Positions 1 through 9,420 are shown, numbered from the stretch's first letter. The stretch is 55,534 nt of DNA from a virus (IMGVR_UViG_3300001242_001222:1-55534); one strand, 5' to 3'. The notes: generated by a model not told the origin, from the sequence alone. Program-made: numbers and translations.

Positions 1-585
1 TTACTTCGAAGTACCCGTTTTTCGATTAGTGGTCGCCAACTCCTGTTTTACATCCGCAAGTTTTTGTTTGTAGGTATCAATCAATTCAAGCAGACTGTTG
101 ATCATTCGATCTTTTTCGTCACACCTCTCACACTCTTTTCTAATTGGCTCCGTTGACATTCCGATCAACCACTCCGGGTTAAGACTTGGAAACACCTGTG
201 CAATTTTAATCAGCGTGTCACCCGACAATTTTCTCATTTGAGACTGGCTTAATCCTACCCTCTTGCATAATTCATACTCTGTGATGTTCAGGAGCGACGT
301 GATTGTGTCCGCGTCCACCCTGTTCGACAACACCATGTCATAATTCAATACCGGAGAGGCAATTGATTTACCCTTCATTGTTCCGGTTCCGGATCTCAGC
401 CAGTCGTAATTAATGTTTGGGAATTTAGCAACAATCTTTGTTGCTAACGATCGAGAGATCCCGTTTCTACCACTTAATACGAACATAATAATCTGTGCCC
501 GGTTATATCCGAGCTTGTTTGCCAAAAGTAAGGGAGTCAAGCCCAATTCTTTTAGCAACAGTTCCATCCTTTGTTTTGCTTCCAT
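1..585 (-). CDS. Phage repressor-like protein with two XRE/HTH domains and a C-terminal coiled coil
   Basis: Two HTH-like repeats ending FPNINYDWL and FPSLNPEWL; divergent from the early operon. Confidence 0.75.
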   Translation of the reverse strand: MEAKQRMELLLKELGLTPLLLANKLGYNRAQIIMFVLSGRNGISRSLATKIVAKFPNINYDWLRSGTGTMKGKSIASPVLNYDMVLSNRVDADTITSLLNITEYELCKRVGLSQSQMRKLSGDTLIKIAQVFPSLNPEWLIGMSTEPIRKECERCDEKDRMINSLLELIDTYKQKLADVKQELATTNRKTGTSK

Positions 586-688
586 AGGGTGAAAAGATGT
601 TAAATAACGGTTAATTGTGTATTGTTGTGCATCATTTAGTTACAATATTGCATATATTTGTTGCGTTAATCATGAAACACTTCACCAA
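586..688. promoter_or_regulatory. Divergent immunity switch region with Bacteroidota -7 promoter box
   Basis: AT-rich gap; TATATTTG at 653-660; AATATTGCAT at 644-653, whose reverse complement recurs at 9373 and 23994. Confidence 0.6.
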
Positions 689-874
689 ATGAAACGCAAA
701 GATAAGCAATTAATTGACGAAAAACGCAATAAAAAGATAGTTGGTCGATATAAAGAACTCATAAATATGGGTTTAAATAAAACCTCAGCTATTGGAAAGA
801 TTGAAAACGTCAAGGAATTTGGCTCGTTGTCAAGTCGCCAGATCACCAATATTCTCAAGAAGGAGGGACTATGA
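689..874 (+). CDS. Small Cro-like DNA-binding protein
   Basis: First gene opposite the repressor; basic, LSSRQITNILKK helix; ATG at 689. Confidence 0.5.
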   Translation: MKRKDKQLIDEKRNKKIVGRYKELINMGLNKTSAIGKIENVKEFGSLSSRQITNILKKEGL

Positions 875-1122
875 GCAATATAATTGTTACAGACTCCGAA
901 ACCCTGCAGAAAATTATTACTGAGACGGTCAGCAGGGCAATGGCTACCCAAGGGAACCCAGTACTCACATTCAGAGAGGCATCAGAGTATATGAAGGTTT
1001 CAGCAGGAAAGCTCCGCGCGATGGCCCTACGTCACACGATCCCATTTATCAGAGACGGAAAGAACATGAAATTTCAGATGAGTGACATTAATGAATATCT
1101 ACAAAAAAACAGAGTCGCATGA
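871..1122 (+). CDS. Excisionase-like helix-turn-helix protein
   Basis: LTFREASEYMKVS...IPFIRDGKNMKF matches the Xis/HTH_17 pattern. Confidence 0.75.
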   Translation: MSNIIVTDSETLQKIITETVSRAMATQGNPVLTFREASEYMKVSAGKLRAMALRHTIPFIRDGKNMKFQMSDINEYLQKNRVA

Positions 1123-1214
1123 GTGAGTTTGAAAGGATGATGCACCTACTTAATAGTATGGATGCAAATATAGATCTCCTGATGGTTATTGTAAAACACC
1201 TTTAATTAATAAAA

Positions 1215-2150
1215 ATGGAAGCAAAAAAAACACCCCAGCAATTGCTGGAACAGGTTGAACCGAGAGAAATTTTTAACATCCCGGATTTCAAGGAAAAATT
1301 TATCAGCACTCAGGTTTTGAGCTGCAGGAAAACGGTTGAGGATGCAACTCAATTCGAGGCGCGAACCGCAATCTATTTCCGGCAGGCGATGACTGCGGAT
1401 CCAAAGCTGTTGAACTGCACAAAAATGTCAATCCTATCGTGCTACCTTGATGTTGCGCTTGAGGATATTGATCTGGCGCCAGGACAAAAGTCGGAGGCCT
1501 ATCTGTCATCCCGCGGAGTGAACACCGGAACGAAAGCTGCACCAATTTATAAGGACTTTATGAAGGTTGTAATGACCGCATGGGGCGAACTGGCGCGATA
1601 TATCCGCAATGGAGTGATCAAGCGCGCAGCCAACCCAATCGTTGTTTATGATGGAGACGCCTTCGGAATGGGCCTGAATGAAAATGGTGACATGATGATC
1701 CGCTATGAGGCAAAATTCCCACGCAACGAAAAGGCGAAGATCATTGCATGTTTTGTGAAAATACTCCTGCCCGATGGAGGTTATGACTTTAAGGTTATCG
1801 ACCAACTTGAGATTGATCGACTCGCCGGTTATTCAAAAAAGAACAATCGCGGCACATCCGCTAATGATCTGTACACTTCGAACAATGGCCAGATTGACCC
1901 CGGATTCCTGATGACAAAAACCATCAAGCACGCTCTTAAGGGGTATTCGAAAGTCGCATTCAAGGCTGAGAATGTGGAGCACGAGGATGAGGCCACTCAG
2001 GAGCAGCGCGAATTTTTCCCAGCAAAGTCGGATGCTGATCCACAAGCGCCAAGTGAGGAACTTCAGAACAAACCACAGGGAGAATGCTGCGCCCCTGATC
2101 CGGGAGCGCCTGAGACTCCGGCCGCAAAAAATGATGATGACATTTTTTAA
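1215..2150 (+). CDS. recT: RecT-family ssDNA annealing recombinase
   Basis: LLNCTKMSILSC, AYL, VVYDGDAF, MTKTIKHALK; acidic C-terminal tail. Confidence 0.85.
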   Translation: MEAKKTPQQLLEQVEPREIFNIPDFKEKFISTQVLSCRKTVEDATQFEARTAIYFRQAMTADPKLLNCTKMSILSCYLDVALEDIDLAPGQKSEAYLSSRGVNTGTKAAPIYKDFMKVVMTAWGELARYIRNGVIKRAANPIVVYDGDAFGMGLNENGDMMIRYEAKFPRNEKAKIIACFVKILLPDGGYDFKVIDQLEIDRLAGYSKKNNRGTSANDLYTSNNGQIDPGFLMTKTIKHALKGYSKVAFKAENVEHEDEATQEQREFFPAKSDADPQAPSEELQNKPQGECCAPDPGAPETPAAKNDDDIF

Positions 2151-2162
2151 TTCACAACCAAC

Positions 2163-3350
2163 ATGGAAGCAAACGAAAATTTACCGGCAACACAAGAAGA
2201 TTTTTCAGTTGATAAATTCACTGAACTATCAAAGGCCGCACCCGACATCCTTAATCAAAACAAGAGCCTTCGCCTGAAGGCTGAGACAAGTCTGAAGGCT
2301 ATCAATGGTTTGCCGATTGACGAGAAGTCAGACACTCTCCGAAAGGAATTCATTGACAACTGTAAAAAGGCTAAAACAAGGATGAAGGATCGCAGAACGC
2401 CATTCACCCAGATGGTCGATGCAGTCAAAAAACTCTTTACAACAGAGGAGGCGTGGTTTGACGAAACAATTAAGACCGTCCAGGAGGACCGAAACAAATA
2501 CGCCGCTGAGGTCCTTAAAAAACAACAGGAGGCTGAGGCCGCCGCAAAGAAGGAACTGGACCGGAAAAATACACTGGCATTCATCCGCCAGATTCTCAAT
2601 ACAAAACTGGCTGAGATTGAAAGCACTGTTATCACCAACCATCAGCAGACGGTCAATGAGTATCTGCAAATGCTGACAATTGCCAATATCAATTCCGCAA
2701 TTCCATCCAGAGACAATCCGGTTACCATTCCGGTGACGGTTGAAGGATCACTCAAGGAACACGTCGGAAAGAATTTGAGCGCCTATCAGAAATCTCTTGT
2801 ACCTGTTGAGGAGATAGATAAAATGGCTCTCGAGGTCAGCGAGACATTTAATCAGGCAAGGGTTATTGCAGAGTGCGACAAGATCAACGAGCGCGCAAAA
2901 AGCGATCTCCCCGCTTTAAAGAAAAAGCTTCAGGAGATTGAAACGGCAAAAACAGATGTCGAGAAGGAGGCACTAAAACAACAGATATCCGACAAGATCC
3001 AGGATGACACGAAGCAAGTTATTGACGAGGCCAAGAAAGTTGAAACAGACGCTTCGCAGACGGCAGCAACGCATGCCGGCGTCGAACAGATCCAGAACCA
3101 ACTTGAACTCCACATTGCATACACTACCCTTGATGTCAAGAAAAGCAAGAAGATTGTTATCCTGAACAAAGAGGGGTACATGAATATTTTCGCAATGTGG
3201 TTTGAGCGCGAGGGAAAGGATCTTCCGGATGCAAAGCTGCAGAACATGACGGTAGCCCGTATGGTCACATTCTGTGAGAAAATGGCAGACGCGGGTGTTG
3301 TCATTGCCAGTCCACATGTTTCCTATCAAGATAAGGTTGTTGCGAAATGA
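2163..3350 (+). CDS. Coiled-coil phage protein
   Basis: 395 aa, K/E/A-rich helical, directly after RecT. Confidence 0.6.
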   Translation: MEANENLPATQEDFSVDKFTELSKAAPDILNQNKSLRLKAETSLKAINGLPIDEKSDTLRKEFIDNCKKAKTRMKDRRTPFTQMVDAVKKLFTTEEAWFDETIKTVQEDRNKYAAEVLKKQQEAEAAAKKELDRKNTLAFIRQILNTKLAEIESTVITNHQQTVNEYLQMLTIANINSAIPSRDNPVTIPVTVEGSLKEHVGKNLSAYQKSLVPVEEIDKMALEVSETFNQARVIAECDKINERAKSDLPALKKKLQEIETAKTDVEKEALKQQISDKIQDDTKQVIDEAKKVETDASQTAATHAGVEQIQNQLELHIAYTTLDVKKSKKIVILNKEGYMNIFAMWFEREGKDLPDAKLQNMTVARMVTFCEKMADAGVVIASPHVSYQDKVVAK

Positions 3351-4549
3351 TTCAACTGATCACACTTTTTTCGGGGATCGGTGGGCCTGAGCTTGCGGCC
3401 GAAATGCTAAACGAGAAATACGGACGCGAAGAATGGATAATTGTTGCAAGCTGTGAGATCGCCGAATTCCCGAGAAAAGTGCTTGAATATTACTGGCCGG
3501 ACACATACCATCACACTGATATAAGAACACTGACCTATGAAACACTCGTTGAAAAATCAAACTGGAACCCAAAGCTGCCAACTGTCATTATTGGAGGATT
3601 CCCATGTCAGCCATTCTCAGTTGCCGGTGGAAGAAAGGGAGCGGATGATAACCGTTTCCTCTGGCCGGAAATGCTTCGTGTCATTGCCGAAGTCAGGCCG
3701 GTTGCCGTCATTGGTGAAAATGTTGCTGGACTCCTCTCAATGGTACAACCCGGCGGTACGGTTAGAGTGGAAGGTGCAGAGGATTTATTCAGTGCGGAAA
3801 ACAGTTTGGGAGGAAACAGACTTGTCGGTAAGAGCAAAAAGATTATTACGAAGGAAGGTCGATACATCATTGACGAAATCTGCGAAACTCTTGAACAAAG
3901 TGGATTTGAAGTACAGCCGGTTGTTATTCCGGCTTGTGCCGTCGGAGCGCCGCACCGAAGGGACAGAATTTTTATTGTTGCCTACACCTACAACAATGGA
4001 TCACACGCCACAAACACAGGGGTTAAAGGTTTGCAATTCGGACGGAAAAACAGAATTTATAAAGCTGAATTTATTGCCAACAATAACCTCAGAGACCGGA
4101 AGGAAATCAGACTTCAAACAAGGCGGGAAAAGCATGTTTACAGCATTGAAAGAAAAAGGATTATTACCGACTCCGACAGCCAGCGACTCAAATGGAGGTG
4201 GATCAGGAAACTCCGATTATGCAAAAAAGCATGCCGGCGACAAATTAAAATATGCATGCGTGAGAGGGCTCTTGCCAACCCCGTGTGCGACCGACGACCC
4301 ATCAAAAAACACAGGGAAGCGAAATCAGGACGGATTGCAAAAGAGAGCCTTTCAAGCAACTGGTCAAACTGGCCAACTCAATCCCCTATTTGTAGCGGAG
4401 ATGATGGGATTCCCCCCCCCATGGACGGTATTACCTTTTCAAAGTGGCGAAACGAGTCAGTTAAAGCCTACGGGAACGCAATAGTATCACAGGCAATCAT
4501 GCCGGTAATGGAAGGACTTCAGATTTTAATAAACGAAGATTATGAGTGA
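3347..4549 (+). CDS. DNA cytosine-5 methyltransferase, alpha chain (motifs I-VIII and X)
   Basis: FSGIGG (I), GGFPCQPFS (IV), ENV (VI), HRRDRIFIVA (VIII), KAYGNAIV (X); no motif IX in this frame. Confidence 0.9.
   Translation: MIQLITLFSGIGGPELAAEMLNEKYGREEWIIVASCEIAEFPRKVLEYYWPDTYHHTDIRTLTYETLVEKSNWNPKLPTVIIGGFPCQPFSVAGGRKGADDNRFLWPEMLRVIAEVRPVAVIGENVAGLLSMVQPGGTVRVEGAEDLFSAENSLGGNRLVGKSKKIITKEGRYIIDEICETLEQSGFEVQPVVIPACAVGAPHRRDRIFIVAYTYNNGSHATNTGVKGLQFGRKNRIYKAEFIANNNLRDRKEIRLQTRREKHVYSIERKRIITDSDSQRLKWRWIRKLRLCKKACRRQIKICMRERALANPVCDRRPIKKHREAKSGRIAKESLSSNWSNWPTQSPICSGDDGIPPPMDGITFSKWRNESVKAYGNAIVSQAIMPVMEGLQILINEDYE
3537..4484 (+). CDS. Nested alternative-frame C5 MTase beta chain (TRD-like repeats plus motif IX); start may be 3645
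   Basis: 315-codon +1 frame fully inside the MTase gene; four LLPT repeats and QLNPLFVAEMMGFP resembling motif IX. Confidence 0.75.
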   Translation: MKHSLKNQTGTQSCQLSLLEDSHVSHSQLPVEERERMITVSSGRKCFVSLPKSGRLPSLVKMLLDSSQWYNPAVRLEWKVQRIYSVRKTVWEETDLSVRAKRLLRRKVDTSLTKSAKLLNKVDLKYSRLLFRLVPSERRTEGTEFLLLPTPTTMDHTPQTQGLKVCNSDGKTEFIKLNLLPTITSETGRKSDFKQGGKSMFTALKEKGLLPTPTASDSNGGGSGNSDYAKKHAGDKLKYACVRGLLPTPCATDDPSKNTGKRNQDGLQKRAFQATGQTGQLNPLFVAEMMGFPPPWTVLPFQSGETSQLKPTGTQ

Positions 4550-4760
4550 ACCACTAACAGATAAAAGCATCATGCCTTTCGGTCAGTTTTTCGACCAGAA
4601 AAAGACCATGGCAGAGGTCCCGACATGGTATCTCAAGTGGCTGAAAAAACAGTATGAAACCAATGGATGCCGTGGGGAGGTCAACGAAAGAGTGAAGCAA
4701 TATATTGATGAATACTGGGACGCAATTGAAATCGAACATAAAAAACAAGGAGGTAAATAA
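4542..4760 (+). CDS. Small phage protein with MPFG...VPxWYLKWL motif (DUF3820-like)
   Basis: Motif MPFGQF...AEVPTWYLKWL. Confidence 0.6.
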   Translation: MSEPLTDKSIMPFGQFFDQKKTMAEVPTWYLKWLKKQYETNGCRGEVNERVKQYIDEYWDAIEIEHKKQGGK

Positions 4761-4871
4761 TGATATCATTGGAAGCAAAAATAAAAAGACTCACTCGGCT
4801 TGTTGATGCCGGAAAGATCAGCGAAGCGGATTATTTCATGTGGCTGCAGACGTATCTGAAAGGAGTCAAGC

Positions 4872-5672
4872 ATGTATAAGGGCAAAGCAATTTACAACCC
4901 ATCCGGAAAGGCCGGAGAATATTCACTTTGGGCCTGCAACTTTTATACAGGTTGCTCAAACAACTGCCAGTACTGCTATTGCAAGCGCGGCGTTATGGCT
5001 CACACGTGGAGCGACAAAGCGAAACTCAAAGCCTGTTTCCGGGATGAGAAACATGCACTCGAAGTGTTTGAAAAGGAACTTGAAAAGAACATTGATTCGC
5101 TTCGGGAGCACGGATTATTTTTCACGTTTACATCGGATCCAATGTTGCCCGAGACCATTGTTCTGACATATAGTGCAGTCAGCGTATGTCTTGAAAACAA
5201 TGTACCAGTTAAGATTCTCACTAAAAGAGCCGACTGGTTTACGACCTGGTATGCCTATTCAAACATGTTTGTCAACAAACAGCACTTAGTTGCCTATGGA
5301 TTCACCCTTACCGGATACGATGAATTAGAGCCGGGTGCATCAACAAACCAGCAGCGAGTTGATTTCATGCAAAAGCTTCATAATAAAGGGTTCAAAACAT
5401 GGGCGTCAATTGAGCCAATCATTTTCCCTGACGCAAGCTTTGAAATGATTGCTGAAACCTACAAGTTTTGTGATCACTACAAAATAGGACTGCAATCAGG
5501 AAGTCGGTATAACAAAAAAGACCTACAATCATTTGTGCAAGGCGTGGTATTATTGACAGATGCGGCTCTGTATTTCAAAGATTCCCTACTTGATCAAGCT
5601 GGCATCAAAAGAGAAAGCCTGCCATCAAATTGTGTTGGACGTGACTATAACATTTTCAAGGAGGCGCTATGA
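4872..5672 (+). CDS. Radical SAM protein
   Basis: GCSNNCQYCYC (CxxxCxxC), FTSDP, ILTK, SIEP. Confidence 0.85.
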   Translation: MYKGKAIYNPSGKAGEYSLWACNFYTGCSNNCQYCYCKRGVMAHTWSDKAKLKACFRDEKHALEVFEKELEKNIDSLREHGLFFTFTSDPMLPETIVLTYSAVSVCLENNVPVKILTKRADWFTTWYAYSNMFVNKQHLVAYGFTLTGYDELEPGASTNQQRVDFMQKLHNKGFKTWASIEPIIFPDASFEMIAETYKFCDHYKIGLQSGSRYNKKDLQSFVQGVVLLTDAALYFKDSLLDQAGIKRESLPSNCVGRDYNIFKEAL

Positions 5673-6109
5673 TACTCGGATTCAAAACAGAAATACTGGG
5701 TGAAAAAACCCACTTTCAGGAAAAGATTCTGGCCGGCGTGGATCCAGAGCTGCGAAAAATTTATGTCCCGAAAATTCATACCATCCGGTCCGGTAAACGA
5801 TGGAAAGCGGGAATGTCGATCCAGATGGCAACCGGCGTGAGGACGGCAAACTACAACCAATTCAATAAGGATATTCCGGAGCTTGGCGTGTGTAAGTCGG
5901 TGCAGGATATTGTTGTCGAATACATTGATGCGCTGCCGTACATTTTTGTTGATGGCAAGCCGTTCAATCCAGTGAAGCGCATCGACTTATTTATTAATGA
6001 TGGCTTCATCGGCTTCAAACTCAACCCCGTCGCTTCATTTTTCCGCTGGTTTCACAGCGACTTCGAAGGCCAGATCATTCACTGGACAGATTTCAAATAC
6101 GAACTTTAA
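5669..6109 (+). CDS. Hypothetical protein, possible ASCH/PUA-like fold
   Basis: KIHTIR..RWKAG motif; translationally coupled to the upstream gene. Confidence 0.5.
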   Translation: MILGFKTEILGEKTHFQEKILAGVDPELRKIYVPKIHTIRSGKRWKAGMSIQMATGVRTANYNQFNKDIPELGVCKSVQDIVVEYIDALPYIFVDGKPFNPVKRIDLFINDGFIGFKLNPVASFFRWFHSDFEGQIIHWTDFKYEL

Positions 6110-6127
6110 AAACCAAAATAAAAACGT

Positions 6128-6577
6128 ATGAGTAAACAACAAAATCCATTCGCGGGAATTCCACTCAACGAGGTGGAGGATCAACTAAAAGCAAACGCGC
6201 ATGACATTCAGGTGAAGAATTATTTCCGGGAATTCACTCCCGAGGAAATGATTTACGAGCAGGAGCGCTATCAGAGCCTTTTGAAAAAAATTGAGGCAGA
6301 AGATGAAAAGCTAAAAGCGGCAAAAGACGACTATAAGGCCGCCGCTAAACCGCTCAAAGCCGATCTACAATTCACACGAACTTGTATTAAGACAAGGGGG
6401 CGCAGTATTCGTGGAAATGTGTACATCATGTTTGACGAAGTGAACGGGCTTATTGAGGAGTACGACAACCGGGGTAACCTCATTGTTCGAAGACCTTTAA
6501 CCCCAGAAGAAAAAAAGGCACCATCAATTCCATTTAATTCATCAAAAACCGGCGAAAGGAACGCCGTAGGAATGTAA
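6128..6577 (+). CDS. Hypothetical phage protein
   Basis: 149-aa ORF with A-rich leader. Confidence 0.65.
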   Translation: MSKQQNPFAGIPLNEVEDQLKANAHDIQVKNYFREFTPEEMIYEQERYQSLLKKIEAEDEKLKAAKDDYKAAAKPLKADLQFTRTCIKTRGRSIRGNVYIMFDEVNGLIEEYDNRGNLIVRRPLTPEEKKAPSIPFNSSKTGERNAVGM

Positions 6578-6579
6578 TT

Positions 6580-7290
6580 ATGAGCGAAGTTAATGTAACA
6601 ATCGAAAAAATCGAAGGGAACGAGCTTGTCATTCGCGAGGGTCATGCCTTAGCAGTTCTCCCGAAGGATGTACTTAAGGTGACTGGCACGATAGGAGTTC
6701 CATTCGCGTACATCGAAAAAAGAAAAGCCACTATTAATCCCGAAAACGCCGTAGTCGAAGTTGATTATGAGAAACGGCACATCAAGTTTTTGCAGGATCA
6801 GTACGACAGCCTATCACCTATCGTGGCTGGTTTTATTGTGCTGGATCCCGACCTGCAGAAATGGGAGATCGGAACCACAAAAACAAGATCAAGTAAAGAC
6901 CTGGCTCTAATGATCAAAAGCAATCGCCTTATGTTTGAGTCTATTGAGCTTGCCACAAGACTTGTGACAATTTTTGAGGACTTAAAAGTAAAGGTTGAAA
7001 GAGAAATCCAGGACAAAGACGATCATCGTGGCAACATCCAGAAAACGCAGGCTTAGGTTGTACGCGAGATGTCAATTCCGGAAGGGTTTAATCTTGTTTG
7101 TCCCGTTATCAAAGGAGGAGACAAAAGAACAGTTCCGGTTGAAATTATCATCAACCCCGACACATTTGAAATCATGCTGATCAGTCCGACAATCAACGAA
7201 ATTCTCAAGCAGGAAACAAAGGGAATGATTGACGCTGAGATTTCGAAAATCCAGTTAGCTCAGCCAAAAATGCCAGTTCTATACGTGTAA
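6580..7290 (+). pseudogene. Single ~236-codon gene interrupted by one in-frame TAG at 7054-7056
   Basis: ORFs 6580-7056 and 7069-7290 are in the same frame: ...KTQA*VVREMSIPEGF... Confidence 0.6.
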
Positions 7291-7356
7291 TCCCCACCAA
7301 CGGGGAGTTGTTCCGGAGCGGTAACGCCGTCCCTGGGTTCGCGGCCCACCGGAGCA
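7291..7356 (+). ncRNA. Intergenic mini tRNA-like structure preceded by a hairpin
   Basis: GTTCCGG/CCGGAGC 7-bp stem, GCG-GTAA-CGC hairpin, TGGG-TTCGCGG-CCCA T-arm-like hairpin. Confidence 0.45.
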
Positions 7357-7376
7357 CAAACCAAAATCAAACAGAT

Positions 7377-7691
7377 ATGTCAAGACCAAATTGTTACATC
7401 AGGGAAAAAGGCGGCAAAGTGAAATTCCGCAAAGAGAAATTCATGGAGGATATGATCACGGAGGGTGTTGAAAAGCTCACCCTGCACGAATGCAGGCCTG
7501 TCAAAAAATCGAAACTAATTTACTGCAGGATCTATCAAGGCGAATTCGAAAAGTGCGACTGTGGACAATCATGTGAACAGTATATGCCAGGTAATGGTGT
7601 GTCCGGCGTATGCATTCATCGCTTATTCATTTACCGGCCATTCCGTAAGGTGCAACTAACAAGAAGTGGTAAAATTTCAATCCTGAAATAA
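7377..7691 (+). CDS. Cys-rich hypothetical protein
   Basis: ATG 7377 after A-rich leader; CDCGQSC..Y.P.NG.SGVC. Confidence 0.6.
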   Translation: MSRPNCYIREKGGKVKFRKEKFMEDMITEGVEKLTLHECRPVKKSKLIYCRIYQGEFEKCDCGQSCEQYMPGNGVSGVCIHRLFIYRPFRKVQLTRSGKISILK

Positions 7692-7845
7692 TGAAAATCC
7701 TGAACATCCTTGGGATAACATACACCCGTAAAGGCAAACAGAAAATTGCCTGGTTTAATCCTCTGATGTGGATTGTGTATGTGGTTTATTTAGCTACCTA
7801 CCTTTTGTTTTATCAGGCAATAAGTGATAAAGAAGAAGAAATTCT

Positions 7846-8043
7846 ATGAAACCACTTGACAGGCTTGAACCATATCTGCAGCGGGAGAAGAATATAACCA
7901 TCGAGGTTGAACACCACAATACGGGTGACAACTCAGCCGGCGTGCATATCTCTCCCATGGGGTGTGTCTTTACACTCTTTGTAATATGGTTTTTTATTGC
8001 CTGCCTAATTACAAAATTTAATCTTGGCGACAATGGAAACTGA
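7846..8043 (+). CDS. Small membrane protein
   Basis: One hydrophobic segment near the C-terminus. Confidence 0.5.
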   Translation: MKPLDRLEPYLQREKNITIEVEHHNTGDNSAGVHISPMGCVFTLFVIWFFIACLITKFNLGDNGN

Positions 8044-8695
8044 AACAATCACATCATCGGTGCGCGATGGCGGATATTTTGAACGGCCGGAGGTTTCAAA
8101 TTCCGACCTGACGAAAATCAAGCATGAACTTTCCGGAGGACATGGGAATGATCCGTATGACGCATTTAGGATCGGGACCCTGGTTGACGCCATCATTACT
8201 GAACCGGACGCGCTGGATCCATATGCAAGGACCATCAGGGAATATAAGTACACCCGCAAGGAGATCCAGAACGCTGAGAAGATGAGGGATAAATTCTATG
8301 AAGATCCATTCTGCTCAGAGTTTGTAAAAGGTGCATCCTTCCAGGAGATAATGATCCGGGACATGGAGATCAAGTATGCCGGCCAGTCGTTTGTCCTTCC
8401 GGTCCGATGCAAGTGGGATATTTGGAAACAATCCTATGGGATGGGCGGAGACATCAAGTCAACCACGGCAACCACGCTGAGACAATTCGAGGCAGCGGTT
8501 GAACATTTTGATTACGATCGTTCGCGCGCATTCTATATGGATATTGCTGGCAGCACACACGATGTGATTATTGGTATTTCGAAAAAGAACTTCAAGATAT
8601 TTCGCATTCCGGTAATCAAGGGCGGGGCTCTCTATAATCGGGGCAAAGAGAAATATTCTTATTTGGCATGGAAATATAAAATGATGTTTGCGTAA
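8033..8695 (+). CDS. PD-(D/E)XK exonuclease (RecE/ExoVIII-like)
   Basis: VSNSDL, GTLVDA, RCKWD, DIKST, YDRSRAFY. Confidence 0.8.
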   Translation: METETITSSVRDGGYFERPEVSNSDLTKIKHELSGGHGNDPYDAFRIGTLVDAIITEPDALDPYARTIREYKYTRKEIQNAEKMRDKFYEDPFCSEFVKGASFQEIMIRDMEIKYAGQSFVLPVRCKWDIWKQSYGMGGDIKSTTATTLRQFEAAVEHFDYDRSRAFYMDIAGSTHDVIIGISKKNFKIFRIPVIKGGALYNRGKEKYSYLAWKYKMMFA

Positions 8696-8696
8696 T

Positions 8697-9095
8697 ATGA
8701 CAAAGAAAGAACGACAACAAGTTTTTGAAAAATACGACGGCAAATGTGCCTACTGCGGTTGCGACCTTGCAAATGGCTGGCACGCTGATCATATTAATCC
8801 TGTAATCAGGGATAGTAAATGGAACAGAGAAAAAGGCAGGTTTGAGCAAACGGGAACATGTCGTAAGCCAGAAAACGAAACACCGGAAAACTACAACCCT
8901 GCTTGCGCAAGCTGCAATATTCAAAAAAACTCATTTACGGTTGAGCAATTCAGGAGTAATATAAAACAATTTGTTGCGTCATTAAACCGTGATAGCACGC
9001 AGTATAAGTTTGCCAAGCGTTACGGGTTAATTATTGAGAGCGATAAGGATGTTGTTTTTTATTTTGAGAGAATAGACGCAAAAAAACATGAATAG
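8697..9095 (+). CDS. HNH endonuclease
   Basis: CAYCG...DHINP...NYNPACASCNIQK. Confidence 0.9.
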   Translation: MTKKERQQVFEKYDGKCAYCGCDLANGWHADHINPVIRDSKWNREKGRFEQTGTCRKPENETPENYNPACASCNIQKNSFTVEQFRSNIKQFVASLNRDSTQYKFAKRYGLIIESDKDVVFYFERIDAKKHE

Positions 9096-9342
9096 CACCA
9101 TAGGCGGCGGTTATATCGTAAGAAATTATTACACCCCTGTTTCACAACCATGGGCCTTTACATTCACTGGACATGTAGGAGTTGACCTTAATCACTCAAA
9201 AAAGCGTATGAAACTGAAAAACTTCTTAAATAAATGCAAATTGTTTCAATTCTGCAACAAAAGTAAAAAATCAAATTACGTTGAAAAACAAAGCGTTATG
9301 GGGTTTTCGTACTATTGGCCAAAATATTTTTGCCATAAATGA

Positions 9343-9382
9343 TGCGTTTACTATCTTTTTTGTGTATATTTGATGCAATATT
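9343..9382 (+). promoter_or_regulatory. Early promoter, near-duplicate of 23964-24003
   Basis: TTTACTAT..TGTGTATATTTGATGCAATATT containing the TAnnTTTG box. Confidence 0.7.
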
Positions 9383-9420
9383 GTTTCACTTATTCACGTT
9401 TTAAATAAAAGATCGCAGCC

